Of a stretch of DNA of 64,000 nt, positions 9,739 to 19,053 are shown piece by piece. Numbering within the stretch: position 1 is the stretch's first letter; every line of letters begins with the position of its first letter. The stretch spans positions 12,394 to 76,393 of the forward strand of contig JBKAGM010000003.1 in the NCBI GenBank assembly GCA_046290385.1, read 5' to 3'. Below the pieces are notes generated by a model. That model saw nothing but the letters and a program-made list of their open reading frames with translations, was not told the DNA's origin and made no database searches. Source of the stretch: Gammaproteobacteria bacterium (lineage in GTDB: Bacteria; Pseudomonadota; Gammaproteobacteria; JAGOUN01). A program made the position numbers and the translations under genes.

Positions 9739-10344
9739 ATGGGTATCGGTAGGCGCGCACAAGCAGTCTTAACTTATTGGTTTGGTGATGAGAAATCGCT
9801 TGATTCACCTAATGCCGAGCGCCTTGCATTTTGGTTAGGCCAGGATGCTTCACGAGATCGTGAAATTATTAAAAAGTTTAAGGCGGATCTCGAAAAAGCG
9901 GCAAATGGCGATTATTCTAAATGGAAAAAAACGCCTAAAGGTAGCTTGGCATTGATTATCTTGCTTCATCAGTTTCCACGATGCATGTATCGTAATAGTC
10001 CTGGAGTCTATTACTTTGATGAAGAAGCATTAGATGTCTGTCTAGAAGGAATCGATCAGCAACTGGATCAGCGGTTATCTCTTGTCGAGAGGATCTTTTA
10101 TTATATGCCACTCGCGCATCATGAAGATTTGAAAATGCAAAAATACTCTGTGGCGGCATACCATGGGTTAGTGCAAATGTCCCTGCCAGAGCTTCGTAAT
10201 ATTTATGAAAATTTCTTCGCTAATGCCGTTTTACATTATAAATTGATTGATGAATTTGGCCGCTTTCCTCATCGTAATGCTATTCTTGGTAGAAAATCTA
10301 CTCCACAAGAAAGTAAATTTTTGAAAGAGTCAGGATTGGAGTGA
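9739..10344 (+). CDS. DUF924 family protein
   Basis: C-terminal signature FGRFPHRNAILGRKSTPQESKFL and N-terminal YWFG. Confidence 0.8.
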   Translation: MGIGRRAQAVLTYWFGDEKSLDSPNAERLAFWLGQDASRDREIIKKFKADLEKAANGDYSKWKKTPKGSLALIILLHQFPRCMYRNSPGVYYFDEEALDVCLEGIDQQLDQRLSLVERIFYYMPLAHHEDLKMQKYSVAAYHGLVQMSLPELRNIYENFFANAVLHYKLIDEFGRFPHRNAILGRKSTPQESKFLKESGLE

Positions 10345-10395
10345 GCAATTGACTAACGGGTAAAATTGTGTTTTATTTGACAGTTCGTATGTTCA

Positions 10396-11871
10396 TTGAG
10401 GTATCCAGAAGTGTCAACAAGAGCGCTCAAGCAGCCTAAGAGTCTTTATCTGCTATTTTTTACTGAGCTATGGGAGCGATTTGGCTTTTATACGCTACAG
10501 ACCATTATTATTCTCTATATGTCTCATGCGTTAATGTATGAAGATCATAAAGCCTATATTGTTTACGCTGTCTTTTCTGCCTTATTGTATTTATTGCCTG
10601 TGTTGGGAGGTTTTTTGGCCGATCATTATCTGGGTTATCAGCGGGCTATCATTATTGGTGGTTTATTGTTAATTGTTAGTTATGCTGTAGCAGCGTTGCC
10701 CGGTGCTCACGCTTTTTTTATTGCATTAAGTATTTTAATTTGTGCGCATGGCTTATTTAAACCGAATGTTTCGAGTCTTGTGGGAACACTTTATGATGTT
10801 GGTGATCCAAGACGAGAGGGTGGGTTTACGATATTTTATATGGGGATAAATATTGGTTCTCTAATTCCACCATTATTTGCTGGTGCAATTGTCGTGCATT
10901 ATGGCTGGCATATGGGCTTTATTTTAGCGGCTATAGGTATGGGTGTTGGTATGATCACTTTTTTTTGTGGTCGGAAAATATTGGGTGCGCATGGTGGAGT
11001 TCCTTCACGCAGTCCGTTGCATAAGGGCGCGATGAAAAAGACGATATTTAATTCCGTCTTTTACTTGGGTATCATCGGATTTATTTTATTAATTGATTAT
11101 GCGTTTCGTTATCCAGCTTTAGTTTCTGATGTATTAAAATGGATGGGAATTCTTATTTTCCTTGTCGTATTCATGTTTTTATTTAAAGAGCCTGTTGGTT
11201 CGCGTAAGCGAATGTTTGCCGCAACTGTTTTGATTATTATCTCCATTGGTTTTTGGGCCTTGTATAATCAAACATTCACATCTTTGATGTTATTTGCAGA
11301 ACGAAATATGCAGAAGTCATTCATGGGTATTCCTCTAGACGCTGAGGGCACGCAGTTTTTTAATCCGTTGTTTATCATTCTACTAAGCCCAATGCTTAGT
11401 CGACTGTGGACAAGGCTAAGTGTTAAAGATTTGAATCCATCGGTGCCCACAAAGTTTGCTTGGGGTTGTGTCTTTCTTTCCCTAGGTTATTTTGTCTTAA
11501 TGTTAGGAGTCAAATATTTCTCGCACGATGGTATGACATCCTCAGGTTGGCTAGTTGGGAGCTATTTTATTCAAACAATCGGTGAATTATTAATATCGCC
11601 CATAGCGCTGGCCATGATTACAGAGCTTTCACCCAGGCATTTGGTCGGGATGATGATGGGGGTATGGTTTTTCTCAAATGCTGTGTCTGCTGTTTTTAGT
11701 GGTACATTGGCTACCTTTACGGATGTGCCAAAGCATGCATCTTTAGAAACAGCCTTGAATATATACCAGCATGGTTTTTTAGTTTTCAGCGAAATCGCAA
11801 TAGTTTTATCGCTTATTGCTTTCATTTTAATACCTTTTTTAAAAGGAATGATCAGGTCAAAAGTTGATTAA
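10396..11871 (+). CDS. Proton-dependent oligopeptide transporter (POT/PTR2 family, DtpA/DtpB-like)
   Basis: The signature FFTELWERFGFYTLQTIIILYM, and about 12-14 hydrophobic spans. The start is uncertain: TTG at 10396 or in-frame GTG at 10411. Confidence 0.85.
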   Translation: MRYPEVSTRALKQPKSLYLLFFTELWERFGFYTLQTIIILYMSHALMYEDHKAYIVYAVFSALLYLLPVLGGFLADHYLGYQRAIIIGGLLLIVSYAVAALPGAHAFFIALSILICAHGLFKPNVSSLVGTLYDVGDPRREGGFTIFYMGINIGSLIPPLFAGAIVVHYGWHMGFILAAIGMGVGMITFFCGRKILGAHGGVPSRSPLHKGAMKKTIFNSVFYLGIIGFILLIDYAFRYPALVSDVLKWMGILIFLVVFMFLFKEPVGSRKRMFAATVLIIISIGFWALYNQTFTSLMLFAERNMQKSFMGIPLDAEGTQFFNPLFIILLSPMLSRLWTRLSVKDLNPSVPTKFAWGCVFLSLGYFVLMLGVKYFSHDGMTSSGWLVGSYFIQTIGELLISPIALAMITELSPRHLVGMMMGVWFFSNAVSAVFSGTLATFTDVPKHASLETALNIYQHGFLVFSEIAIVLSLIAFILIPFLKGMIRSKVD

Positions 11872-11922
11872 ATCAGAATATGTGTTAAAATTTTAACAGG
11901 TAGAAAAAAAGGGGGGTAAGTT

Positions 11923-12483
11923 ATGTCTTTAGAGAAAGATCATGAGTTGCAAGTAAAGTCTGGTCAACGCGAAGAAAATGTTATTCAAATGCAAATTCGT
12001 GCAGAACAACAGAGTGAAGCTTATGTCCTCACAACACTTCAACGCCGTGAGAAATTAAAATTATTGATTCTTGAGCACTATATTGATGAACATGTTAGCG
12101 TCCAGCCTGATGAGAATCGAAAGAATGTATTACTTATCAGAGGGCTGGGTAAAAATCATGAGGTGGGTGCTGATATCACCTTAAGTCCAAATGCTAATGA
12201 GTATGGTATATTGATGCGATATCCAGAACCTAGCGCGCCAACACCTGAAGAACGTGCAGAAGATCTCTTAGGTATTTTAAAAGGTCAAGGCCTTGATCCA
12301 CAGAAAGTCTCTGTTTATATGCCAGAAGCTACTGCTGAACAGCAACAGGCCTTATCTAATGTTGGTTTGAAACTTGTTGATGCACAGCCCTTTAATCAAT
12401 TACTGAATAACCGGCAGGAAAAGATGGCTCAGACGCCAGGATATACTTCTCCAAGACCAACGCCGCCAGGGGTTTCTCAATAG
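11923..12483 (+). CDS. Hypothetical protein (orphan, Gln/Glu/Pro-rich ends)
   Basis: A good GGGGGG/AAGG ribosome site precedes the ATG. No family recognised. A REP hairpin follows it. Confidence 0.5.
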   Translation: MSLEKDHELQVKSGQREENVIQMQIRAEQQSEAYVLTTLQRREKLKLLILEHYIDEHVSVQPDENRKNVLLIRGLGKNHEVGADITLSPNANEYGILMRYPEPSAPTPEERAEDLLGILKGQGLDPQKVSVYMPEATAEQQQALSNVGLKLVDAQPFNQLLNNRQEKMAQTPGYTSPRPTPPGVSQ

Positions 12484-12510
12484 ATTTTTTGAATTAATAC
12501 AGTGGCATAA

Positions 12511-12540
12511 GAAATCCCGCGCATAAAGCGCGGGACGTAG
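12511..12540. repeat. REP-like hairpin between convergent genes (possible bidirectional terminator)
   Basis: TCCCGCGC-ATAAA-GCGCGGGA is a perfect 8-bp stem (12515-12535). It uses the same ATAAA loop as copies elsewhere. Confidence 0.65.
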
Positions 12541-12579
12541 GTTTTAGAATTCACCAGCTACGCTAAGGGCGCAATGTTT

Positions 12580-13656
12580 TTATTCATCATCCCAGCTTAA
12601 AGCGCCACCCGTTTGGTATTCAGTGACACGTGTTTCAAAAAAGTTTTTCTCTTTTTTCAAATCAATCACTTCACTCATCCATGGGAATGGGTTTTCTATT
12701 GGTGGGTATAATTCTTTTAAGCCAATTTGCGCGCAACGACGATTCGCAATAAATTGCATATACTCTTTAAAGATGGGAGCATTTAAGCCAAGAATACCAC
12801 GAGGCATCGTATCTTCTGCATAACGATATTCTAAGTCAGCAGCTTCAGCTATCATGTGGCGTAATTCTTCTTGGAACTGTTCAGTCCATAAATGCGGATT
12901 TTCAATTTTAATTTGGTTAATCAAATCAATACCGAAGTTTAAGTGCATTGATTCATCGCGCAAAATATATTGAATCTGCTCGGCAGAACCTGTCATCTTA
13001 TTGCGACGACCAAAAGAAAGCATTTGTACAAAACCAACATAAAAGAAGATGCCCTCGAATACTACGTAAAACGCAACCAAGTTACGCAAGAAATCTTGGT
13101 CTGTTTCAGGGGTGCCTGTTTTGAATTCAGGATTGCCAATGTTCTTTGTAAATTGCAGTGCCCATGCAGCTTTGTCATGTACGGAAGGGATTTCGCGATA
13201 CATATTAAAAACAACACCTTCATCTAAACCTAGTGATTCGATAATATGGCTGTAACTATGTGTATGTAGCGCTTCTTCAAACGCTTGTCTTAACAAATAT
13301 TGACGACACTCAGGGTTTGTGATGTGTCGGTAAATAGCTAATACAAGATTGTTTGCTACCAATGAATCTGCAGTTGAAAAGAAGCCGATCGCGCGCATGA
13401 AAACGGTACGCTCATCTTCTGTCAGTGTTTTCAAACATGCAAGATCAGGTGTCATGTTAATTTCCTGAGGCATCCAGTGGTTTGCACAGGCATGCAAGTA
13501 TTTTTGCCATGCCCAGTCATACTTCAGTGGAAAAAGTTGATTTAAGTCTGCGCGACAGTTGATGATGCGTTTATCATCAACTTGTATACGTCCCGCATTC
13601 ATTTCAATTTTTTCCAAGCCCGTAACATAATCTTTTGGTCTATCTGTCGTTGCCAT
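12580..13656 (-). CDS. nrdB: Class Ia ribonucleotide reductase beta subunit
   Basis: Di-iron and tyrosyl-radical motifs ([29 protein letters not shown]) and an acidic C-terminal tail. Confidence 0.95.
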   Translation of the reverse strand: MATTDRPKDYVTGLEKIEMNAGRIQVDDKRIINCRADLNQLFPLKYDWAWQKYLHACANHWMPQEINMTPDLACLKTLTEDERTVFMRAIGFFSTADSLVANNLVLAIYRHITNPECRQYLLRQAFEEALHTHSYSHIIESLGLDEGVVFNMYREIPSVHDKAAWALQFTKNIGNPEFKTGTPETDQDFLRNLVAFYVVFEGIFFYVGFVQMLSFGRRNKMTGSAEQIQYILRDESMHLNFGIDLINQIKIENPHLWTEQFQEELRHMIAEAADLEYRYAEDTMPRGILGLNAPIFKEYMQFIANRRCAQIGLKELYPPIENPFPWMSEVIDLKKEKNFFETRVTEYQTGGALSWDDE

Positions 13657-13677
13657 TGTATTTCTCTCTCTTTTGTC

Positions 13678-16494
13678 CTATTGGCATGCTTCACAATCGG
13701 GATCATCGATTGAGCATGCTTTTGGTGCAGGGTTCATTTGCACCGCGTTAAGTTTCGCGTCATTGATCGTCGACTTTTCAGTTGACGTTGCCCCCATGGA
13801 GCGCAAGTAATAAGTGGTTTTTAATCCACGACGCCATGCGTGTTGATACAAACTATCGAGTTTTTTGCCCGAAGGTTGTGCCATGTAGAGATTTAACGAT
13901 TGTCCTTGATCAATCCATTTTTGGCGACGCGATGCCGCATCGACCAACCATCTAGGATCGATTTCGAAAGCCGTCGAAAAAATCGCTTTCAAGTGTTGAG
14001 GAATACGCTCGATTTTTTGAACGCTACCATCGTAGTACTTTAAGTCGTTGACCATGACTTCATCCCATAAATCGAGTTTACGTAACTCTTCTACAAGGTA
14101 TGGGTTGATAACGGTGAATTCGCCCGATAGGTTCGACTTAACATATAAGTTTTGATAAGTCGGCTCGATCGATTGAGATACCCCCGAAATGTTAGAAATG
14201 GTTGCGGTAGGCGCAATTGCCATGACATTTGAGTTACGCATACCAACTTTTTGAACCCGTTCACGTAGAGTTTTCCAGTCCAAACGTTGCGTACGATCTT
14301 GCTCAAGGTATTCGCCGCGTGTTTTAGCTAAATTTTCGATAGAGTCAATAGGTAGAATGCCCTTGCTCCACAGTGAACCTTTGAACGTTTCATATGCGCC
14401 ACGTTCTTCAGCTAGGTTTGTAGATGCTTCAATAGCATAATAACTAATTAATTCCATTGTTTCATCGGCAAATTCAACGGCTTCATCAGAAGCGTAGGAA
14501 ATGCCTTTTTTGTATAAAGCATCTTGAAAGCCCATTAAGCCCAAGCCAATAGGACGATGCTTTAAGTTGGAGTTTCTTGCTTGCGGTACAGAGTAAAAAT
14601 TAATATCGATCACGTTATCTAACATACGAATCGCGGTGTTAACCGTTTTGCGCAGTTTTTCTTTATCGATATTACCTTCTCCATCTAAATGAGCAGGAAT
14701 ATTAATACTGCCGAGATTACACACCGCAATTTCATCCTTGGAAGTGTTGAGTGTAATCTCCGTGCAGAGGTTTGAGCTATGGACCACACCAACGTGTTGT
14801 TGGGGTGAACGCAAGTTACAAGGATCTTTAAAAGTTACCCATGGGTGACCTGTTTCAAATAGCATGGTTAACATTTTTCGCCAAAGGTTAACAGCAGGGA
14901 TGCGTTTGTAGTTTTGAATTTCACCGGCATCAGCTAAATCTTCGTATTGACGATACATTTTTTCAAACTCATCGCCATAAAGATCATGAAGCTCTGGAGT
15001 GTCATCTGGAGAAAACAACGTCCATTCGCCTTTTTCAGCGACACGTTTCATGAACAAGTCAGGGATCCAGTTTGCAGTATTCATGTCGTGGGTTCGGCGT
15101 CGTTCATCACCAGTGTTTTTACGTAAATCTAAAAACTCTTCGATATCCATATGCCATGTTTCTAAATAAGCACATACCGCCCCTTTACGTTTACCACCTT
15201 GGTTAACCGCAATTGCTGTAGCATCTGCAACATTTAGGAAGGGAACAACGCCTTGTGATTTGCCGTTAGTGCCTTTGATTGTAGCTCCCATAGCTCGTAC
15301 TGGCGTCCAGTCGTTGCCGAGGCCGCCAGCGTATTTTGATAGTAAGGCGTTATCACGAATAGCACCGTAAATACCTTCTAAGTCATCAGGAACGGTCGTC
15401 AGATAACAGCTAGATAGCTGAGAGCGTTGTGTGCCTGAGTTAAATAAAGTTGGAGTAGAGCTCATGTAATCAAAGCTTGAAAGTAATTGATAAAACTCAA
15501 TTGCTTTTTCGGTTTTATTTTCTTCATCTAAGGCTAAACCCATAGCGACACGCATATAAAAGGTTTGCGGTAACTCGAAACGAATATCGTTCGAGTGTAA
15601 GAAATAACGATCATAAAGCGTTTGCAAGCTGAGATAGGTAAAGTTCAAATCTCGTTTTGGTAATAGCGCTTTGCCAAGCTTCTCTAAATCAAACTCTGTT
15701 TCTAAGCGCTTGTCTAACAAGCCAAGCGAGATACCTTTTTTAAGCGTGGCGCTTAAGCATTTAGGGTAGAGCTTTGCCATTTCATCAAAAGTGGCATTAT
15801 CTTTTAAGCCAAGAAAGCTAAGTGCTTCACTGCGCAAGTTGTCTAATAATAAACGCGCTGTTACATACGTGTAATTAGGCTCACGTTCAATTTGCGTACG
15901 TGCAGCAAGAATTAATGCTTTGCTTACATCAGCAAAAGGCATGCCGTCGAATAAGCTACGCATAGTGTCTTTGATGATCGCATGAGGCTCAACATACTCT
16001 AGGTTTTGACATGCGGTCATCACGATTTTTTCGAGACGTTTTTGGTCAAGAACTTTTGTTTTTCCATCTTTGAGGGTGACATTTAGCTTTTGGTGTTTTT
16101 GAGTTGCATTTGCTGCCTCACGCATTTTGCGACGATCTTCGCGATATAAAACGTAAGAGCGGGCAACTTTTTGTTCACCTGCGCGCATGAGCACCAATTC
16201 CACTTGGTCTTGGATATCTTCAATATTGATGGTTTCGCAATGATGCAAATTACGAATGAAACGCTCGCTGATTTGATCGGTAAGTTGGTTCACCAATTCA
16301 TGAATGCGTTCTGAGCCAGTCGCTTGCTCACCTTCCACTGCCAAAAATGCCTTGGTCATGGCAACTTTGATTTTATCATCGTTGTAGGGTGTAATGGTCC
16401 CGTCACGTCTGATGACGCGTAATATGCCGGGTTTTAAAGATTCTGTGTCATTCGTGGTCACTTCCGCTGCCATCCTGGTCGTAGTCGTTGTCAT
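13678..16494 (-). CDS. nrdA: Class Ia ribonucleotide reductase alpha subunit with ATP-cone
   Basis: N-terminal ATP-cone (VIRRDGTITPYNDDKIKVA), active-site NLCTEI and a C-terminal CxxC tail (DPDCEACQ). I chose the ATG at 16494 (preceded by GGGAGGA) over the TTG at 16506. Confidence 0.95.
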   Translation of the reverse strand: MTTTTTRMAAEVTTNDTESLKPGILRVIRRDGTITPYNDDKIKVAMTKAFLAVEGEQATGSERIHELVNQLTDQISERFIRNLHHCETINIEDIQDQVELVLMRAGEQKVARSYVLYREDRRKMREAANATQKHQKLNVTLKDGKTKVLDQKRLEKIVMTACQNLEYVEPHAIIKDTMRSLFDGMPFADVSKALILAARTQIEREPNYTYVTARLLLDNLRSEALSFLGLKDNATFDEMAKLYPKCLSATLKKGISLGLLDKRLETEFDLEKLGKALLPKRDLNFTYLSLQTLYDRYFLHSNDIRFELPQTFYMRVAMGLALDEENKTEKAIEFYQLLSSFDYMSSTPTLFNSGTQRSQLSSCYLTTVPDDLEGIYGAIRDNALLSKYAGGLGNDWTPVRAMGATIKGTNGKSQGVVPFLNVADATAIAVNQGGKRKGAVCAYLETWHMDIEEFLDLRKNTGDERRRTHDMNTANWIPDLFMKRVAEKGEWTLFSPDDTPELHDLYGDEFEKMYRQYEDLADAGEIQNYKRIPAVNLWRKMLTMLFETGHPWVTFKDPCNLRSPQQHVGVVHSSNLCTEITLNTSKDEIAVCNLGSINIPAHLDGEGNIDKEKLRKTVNTAIRMLDNVIDINFYSVPQARNSNLKHRPIGLGLMGFQDALYKKGISYASDEAVEFADETMELISYYAIEASTNLAEERGAYETFKGSLWSKGILPIDSIENLAKTRGEYLEQDRTQRLDWKTLRERVQKVGMRNSNVMAIAPTATISNISGVSQSIEPTYQNLYVKSNLSGEFTVINPYLVEELRKLDLWDEVMVNDLKYYDGSVQKIERIPQHLKAIFSTAFEIDPRWLVDAASRRQKWIDQGQSLNLYMAQPSGKKLDSLYQHAWRRGLKTTYYLRSMGATSTEKSTINDAKLNAVQMNPAPKACSIDDPDCEACQ

Positions 16495-16533
16495 AATTCC
16501 TCCCAATTGTTAGACAATCCGATATTTTTTTAA

Positions 16534-16581
16534 ACACAATATATGGGATTCCGTTGCCCCATAAGACACAAGATAATGCGG
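16534..16581 (-). promoter_or_regulatory. Putative tandem NrdR boxes upstream of nrdAB
   Basis: ACACAATATATGGGAT (16534-16549) and ACACAAGATAATGCGG (16566-16581) both resemble the acaCwAtATaTwGtgt consensus in their first 11 positions. Their starts are 32 bp apart, the usual NrdR box phasing. They lie 40-90 nt upstream of the nrdA start. Confidence 0.45.
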
Positions 16582-16750
16582 TTTTGAGATAAAAGCAATA
16601 GGATAACGGTTTAATTTTCTGTGTATTTCCTGTGAGTAAAATCTTAGATTTCCAAGTATCAATAAGATGCTATTTTTTGGCGTGTGATTTGGAAGGTTTA
16701 TTTACAACATTACCCATTGAAGATACTATAGGCGAAAAAAGGAAATCGGT

Positions 16751-17485
16751 ATGCAACCAAACACAAATGAAAAACAAATCAAACGTGGCATTTATTTGTT
16801 GCCAAATTTATTCACTACTGCTGGACTATTTGCCGGCTTTTATTCTATTGTCGCCGCTATGCAAGGCAAGTTCGAGCTGGCTTGTATAACTATTTTTATC
16901 GCAATGATTGCCGATGGTCTTGATGGTCGCGTTGCACGATTAACGAATACACAATCGGCTTTTGGTGCAGAGTACGATAGTCTTTCGGACATGATCGCTT
17001 TTGGTTTGGCGCCAGCATTGCTTGCCTATAATTGGGCATTGCACTCTCTAGGCAAGATAGGGTGGTTGTGCGCGTTTATTTACGTCGCCTCGACGGGGCT
17101 TCGATTAGCGCGATTTAACACACAAGTAGAAACGGCAGACAAGCGGTTTTTTAGCGGGCTTGCGAGTCCCGCTGCAGCTGGTTTTTTAACAGGCTTTATT
17201 TGGGTGATGATTGAGTATGGCGTGATACCAACAAAGCAGTTGCATATGATTACAACCGTGTTAACCGTTGTGTCCGCATTGTTGATGGTAAGCAATATTA
17301 AGTATTACAGCTTTAAGGTTTTTGATTTCAAGGGCCATGTTCCATTTATGGTCCTTGTATTGCTTGTTTTAATTGTTGTTGCCATTACGATCGATCCAGC
17401 GCAAGTGCTATTTTATACGTTTGCAACATACGTTGTTACAGGGCCGGTATTGACTTGGATTTTTCGAGATAAAAAGAAGAGCTAG
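16751..17485 (+). CDS. pssA: CDP-diacylglycerol--serine O-phosphatidyltransferase
   Basis: CDP-alcohol phosphotransferase motif DGLDGRVARLTNTQSAFGAEYDSLSD; polytopic membrane protein of about 244 aa. Confidence 0.85.
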   Translation: MQPNTNEKQIKRGIYLLPNLFTTAGLFAGFYSIVAAMQGKFELACITIFIAMIADGLDGRVARLTNTQSAFGAEYDSLSDMIAFGLAPALLAYNWALHSLGKIGWLCAFIYVASTGLRLARFNTQVETADKRFFSGLASPAAAGFLTGFIWVMIEYGVIPTKQLHMITTVLTVVSALLMVSNIKYYSFKVFDFKGHVPFMVLVLLVLIVVAITIDPAQVLFYTFATYVVTGPVLTWIFRDKKKS

Positions 17486-17506
17486 GCATTTTTAGAAATC
17501 ATTAAA

Positions 17507-17646
17507 ATGAAAATGCTTGCCCGAGTCGCAATTTCACTAGGTGGGTATCTTGGTGGTGTGTTAGGCTACTCTTTTTTTGAGCTTGCTCACGGCACCATCA
17601 CTCTGATTCCCAGTTTTTTCAGTGTTGAACTGGCAAGCATTTTCAT
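17507..17646. repeat. 140-bp imperfect palindrome in the pssA-GDPD spacer
   Basis: Perfect 15-bp terminal arms ATGAAAATGCTTGCC (17507-17521) and GGCAAGCATTTTCAT (17632-17646). Inner complementary blocks are GGGTATC (17543-17549) with GATTCCC (17605-17611), and TGGTGGTGTG (17551-17560) with CACGGCACCA (17588-17597). The apex is CTC-T7-GAG at about 17575. Confidence 0.6.
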
Positions 17647-17679
17647 ATCTCAATATAGCTTATTTTGGAGGATTTGTCT

Positions 17680-18342
17680 ATGTCTTTTGAGAAGCCTTTA
17701 GCGCACAGAGGATTGTTTTCTCCTCAACTTCCTGAAAATTCTTTAGCTGCATTTCAAGCCGCAATTGACGAAGGTTATGGTATAGAACTTGATGTTATGT
17801 TAACAAAAGATCACCAAGTAATTGTTTTTCACGATGAAAATTTAGAAAGGTTAACGGGTGTTAACGCAAATGTCTCAGATCTTACTTATGATGAAATTAA
17901 AGCATTAAAGTTACAATCGTCTGACGAACGTATTCCAAGCCTTATTGAAGTCTTAGAGTTGGTAGCGGGAAGCGCATATTTGATGATAGAAATCAAAGGC
18001 AAAGAAGGAGTAATAGAACGGAAAGTATATGACATCATTAAAAACTATGTTGGTGATTTTTCAGTATGCTCGTTTAATTCAAACATTTTAAAATGGTTTC
18101 GTGACAATGCATGCGATATTCTGCGAGGCCAAACTTCGTCTGGTATTTTTCATTTGTTATTTGGCTGTCCGAAAAGCCGTCCTCATTATATTAGCTATGA
18201 TATCGACCGTATGCCAAGCAAATGTTTGAATAGGTTGATTAGATTAATGGATATCCCATTGATTGTTTGGACCGTTAAGAATGAAAAGCAGCTTTCCTTT
18301 GCAAAGGCTTATGCGGATAATTATATTTTTGAGCAGTATTAG
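17680..18342 (+). CDS. Glycerophosphodiester phosphodiesterase family protein
   Basis: GDPD motifs AHRG...PENSLAAFQAAIDEGYGIELDV and FHDENLERLTG. The ATG at 17680 is preceded by GGAGGA. Confidence 0.75.
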   Translation: MSFEKPLAHRGLFSPQLPENSLAAFQAAIDEGYGIELDVMLTKDHQVIVFHDENLERLTGVNANVSDLTYDEIKALKLQSSDERIPSLIEVLELVAGSAYLMIEIKGKEGVIERKVYDIIKNYVGDFSVCSFNSNILKWFRDNACDILRGQTSSGIFHLLFGCPKSRPHYISYDIDRMPSKCLNRLIRLMDIPLIVWTVKNEKQLSFAKAYADNYIFEQY

Positions 18343-19007
18343 GTTGCTAAATCCCAGGGAGCGATTTTAATCAAAACCCCAAACGCAGGATTATCAAGGT
18401 AATGTAATTCATTGCTGCGGCTGCGCAGCTCTTCGTTAATTTCAAATACTTTGAAAGGTGTTAGTGTGTTTTCAGAAACGCGAACGCTTTTGTCTTTTTC
18501 AGGAACCAAAAATTGTAAATGCGTGTCTATATCGAAATAAGTGTTGAGGCTAATTTTTATTGTTCCGTTAATTTGATAGTAACTAGCGTCTTCATCATCT
18601 ATGACTGTGACCATTTCGCCATATTGATTATACGTTTGGCCGCCGTAAATATGTAGTGTTTGACCTTGCGGTTGATCTTGGAATGGTTGCCACCATGATA
18701 ATGCGAGCAAAACGGTGTAGTTTTTCGATTGTTTTAGTCGAGTAAGTTCTTTCAGAAGTCCAAACTCATCTTGAGCTATTAGCTGATAACTGCCGTCGTT
18801 AGTTGCGTCATCATTTGCTAAAGAGAGAAATTGGGATTCGCTGGCAAATGTCTTGGGAGTTGTCTTTGTATCGGGGATAAGCTGTTCTGCGCCATTTCGT
18901 TTGAAGATGATCACATTCACTTGGTAAGCGTCATATATCTTGGCAAACGCTGTACATGAGACTGTAATTAATAAAAATGTTATTAAGAGTGTGCTAATGG
19001 TTTTCAT
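18339..19007 (-). CDS. Secreted hypothetical protein (possibly CsiV-like peptidoglycan-binding family)
   Basis: A signal peptide, MKTISTLLITFLLITVSCTAFA, runs from the ATG at 19007. The C-terminal LHYLDNPAFGVLIKI resembles the CsiV-family motif as I remember it, so the family call is weak. Confidence 0.45.
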   Translation of the reverse strand: MKTISTLLITFLLITVSCTAFAKIYDAYQVNVIIFKRNGAEQLIPDTKTTPKTFASESQFLSLANDDATNDGSYQLIAQDEFGLLKELTRLKQSKNYTVLLALSWWQPFQDQPQGQTLHIYGGQTYNQYGEMVTVIDDEDASYYQINGTIKISLNTYFDIDTHLQFLVPEKDKSVRVSENTLTPFKVFEINEELRSRSNELHYLDNPAFGVLIKIAPWDLAT

Positions 19008-19053
19008 GGTGCTATTATAATAGTAAGTTGTTGCTAAGGAAAGAAGAGCAAGC

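Noticed and set aside
16632-16889. 85-aa ORF upstream of and overlapping pssA
   Set aside because: It overlaps the well-supported pssA start in another frame and lies in the nrdA/pssA divergent promoter region. It has no family resemblance.
17507-17701. 64-aa hydrophobic ORF between pssA and the GDPD gene
   Set aside because: The ORF starts exactly at the left arm of the 140-bp palindrome and runs into the GDPD start. Its sequence is dictated by the palindrome, and it has no convincing ribosome site. I treat it as a by-product of the repeat unless conservation says otherwise.
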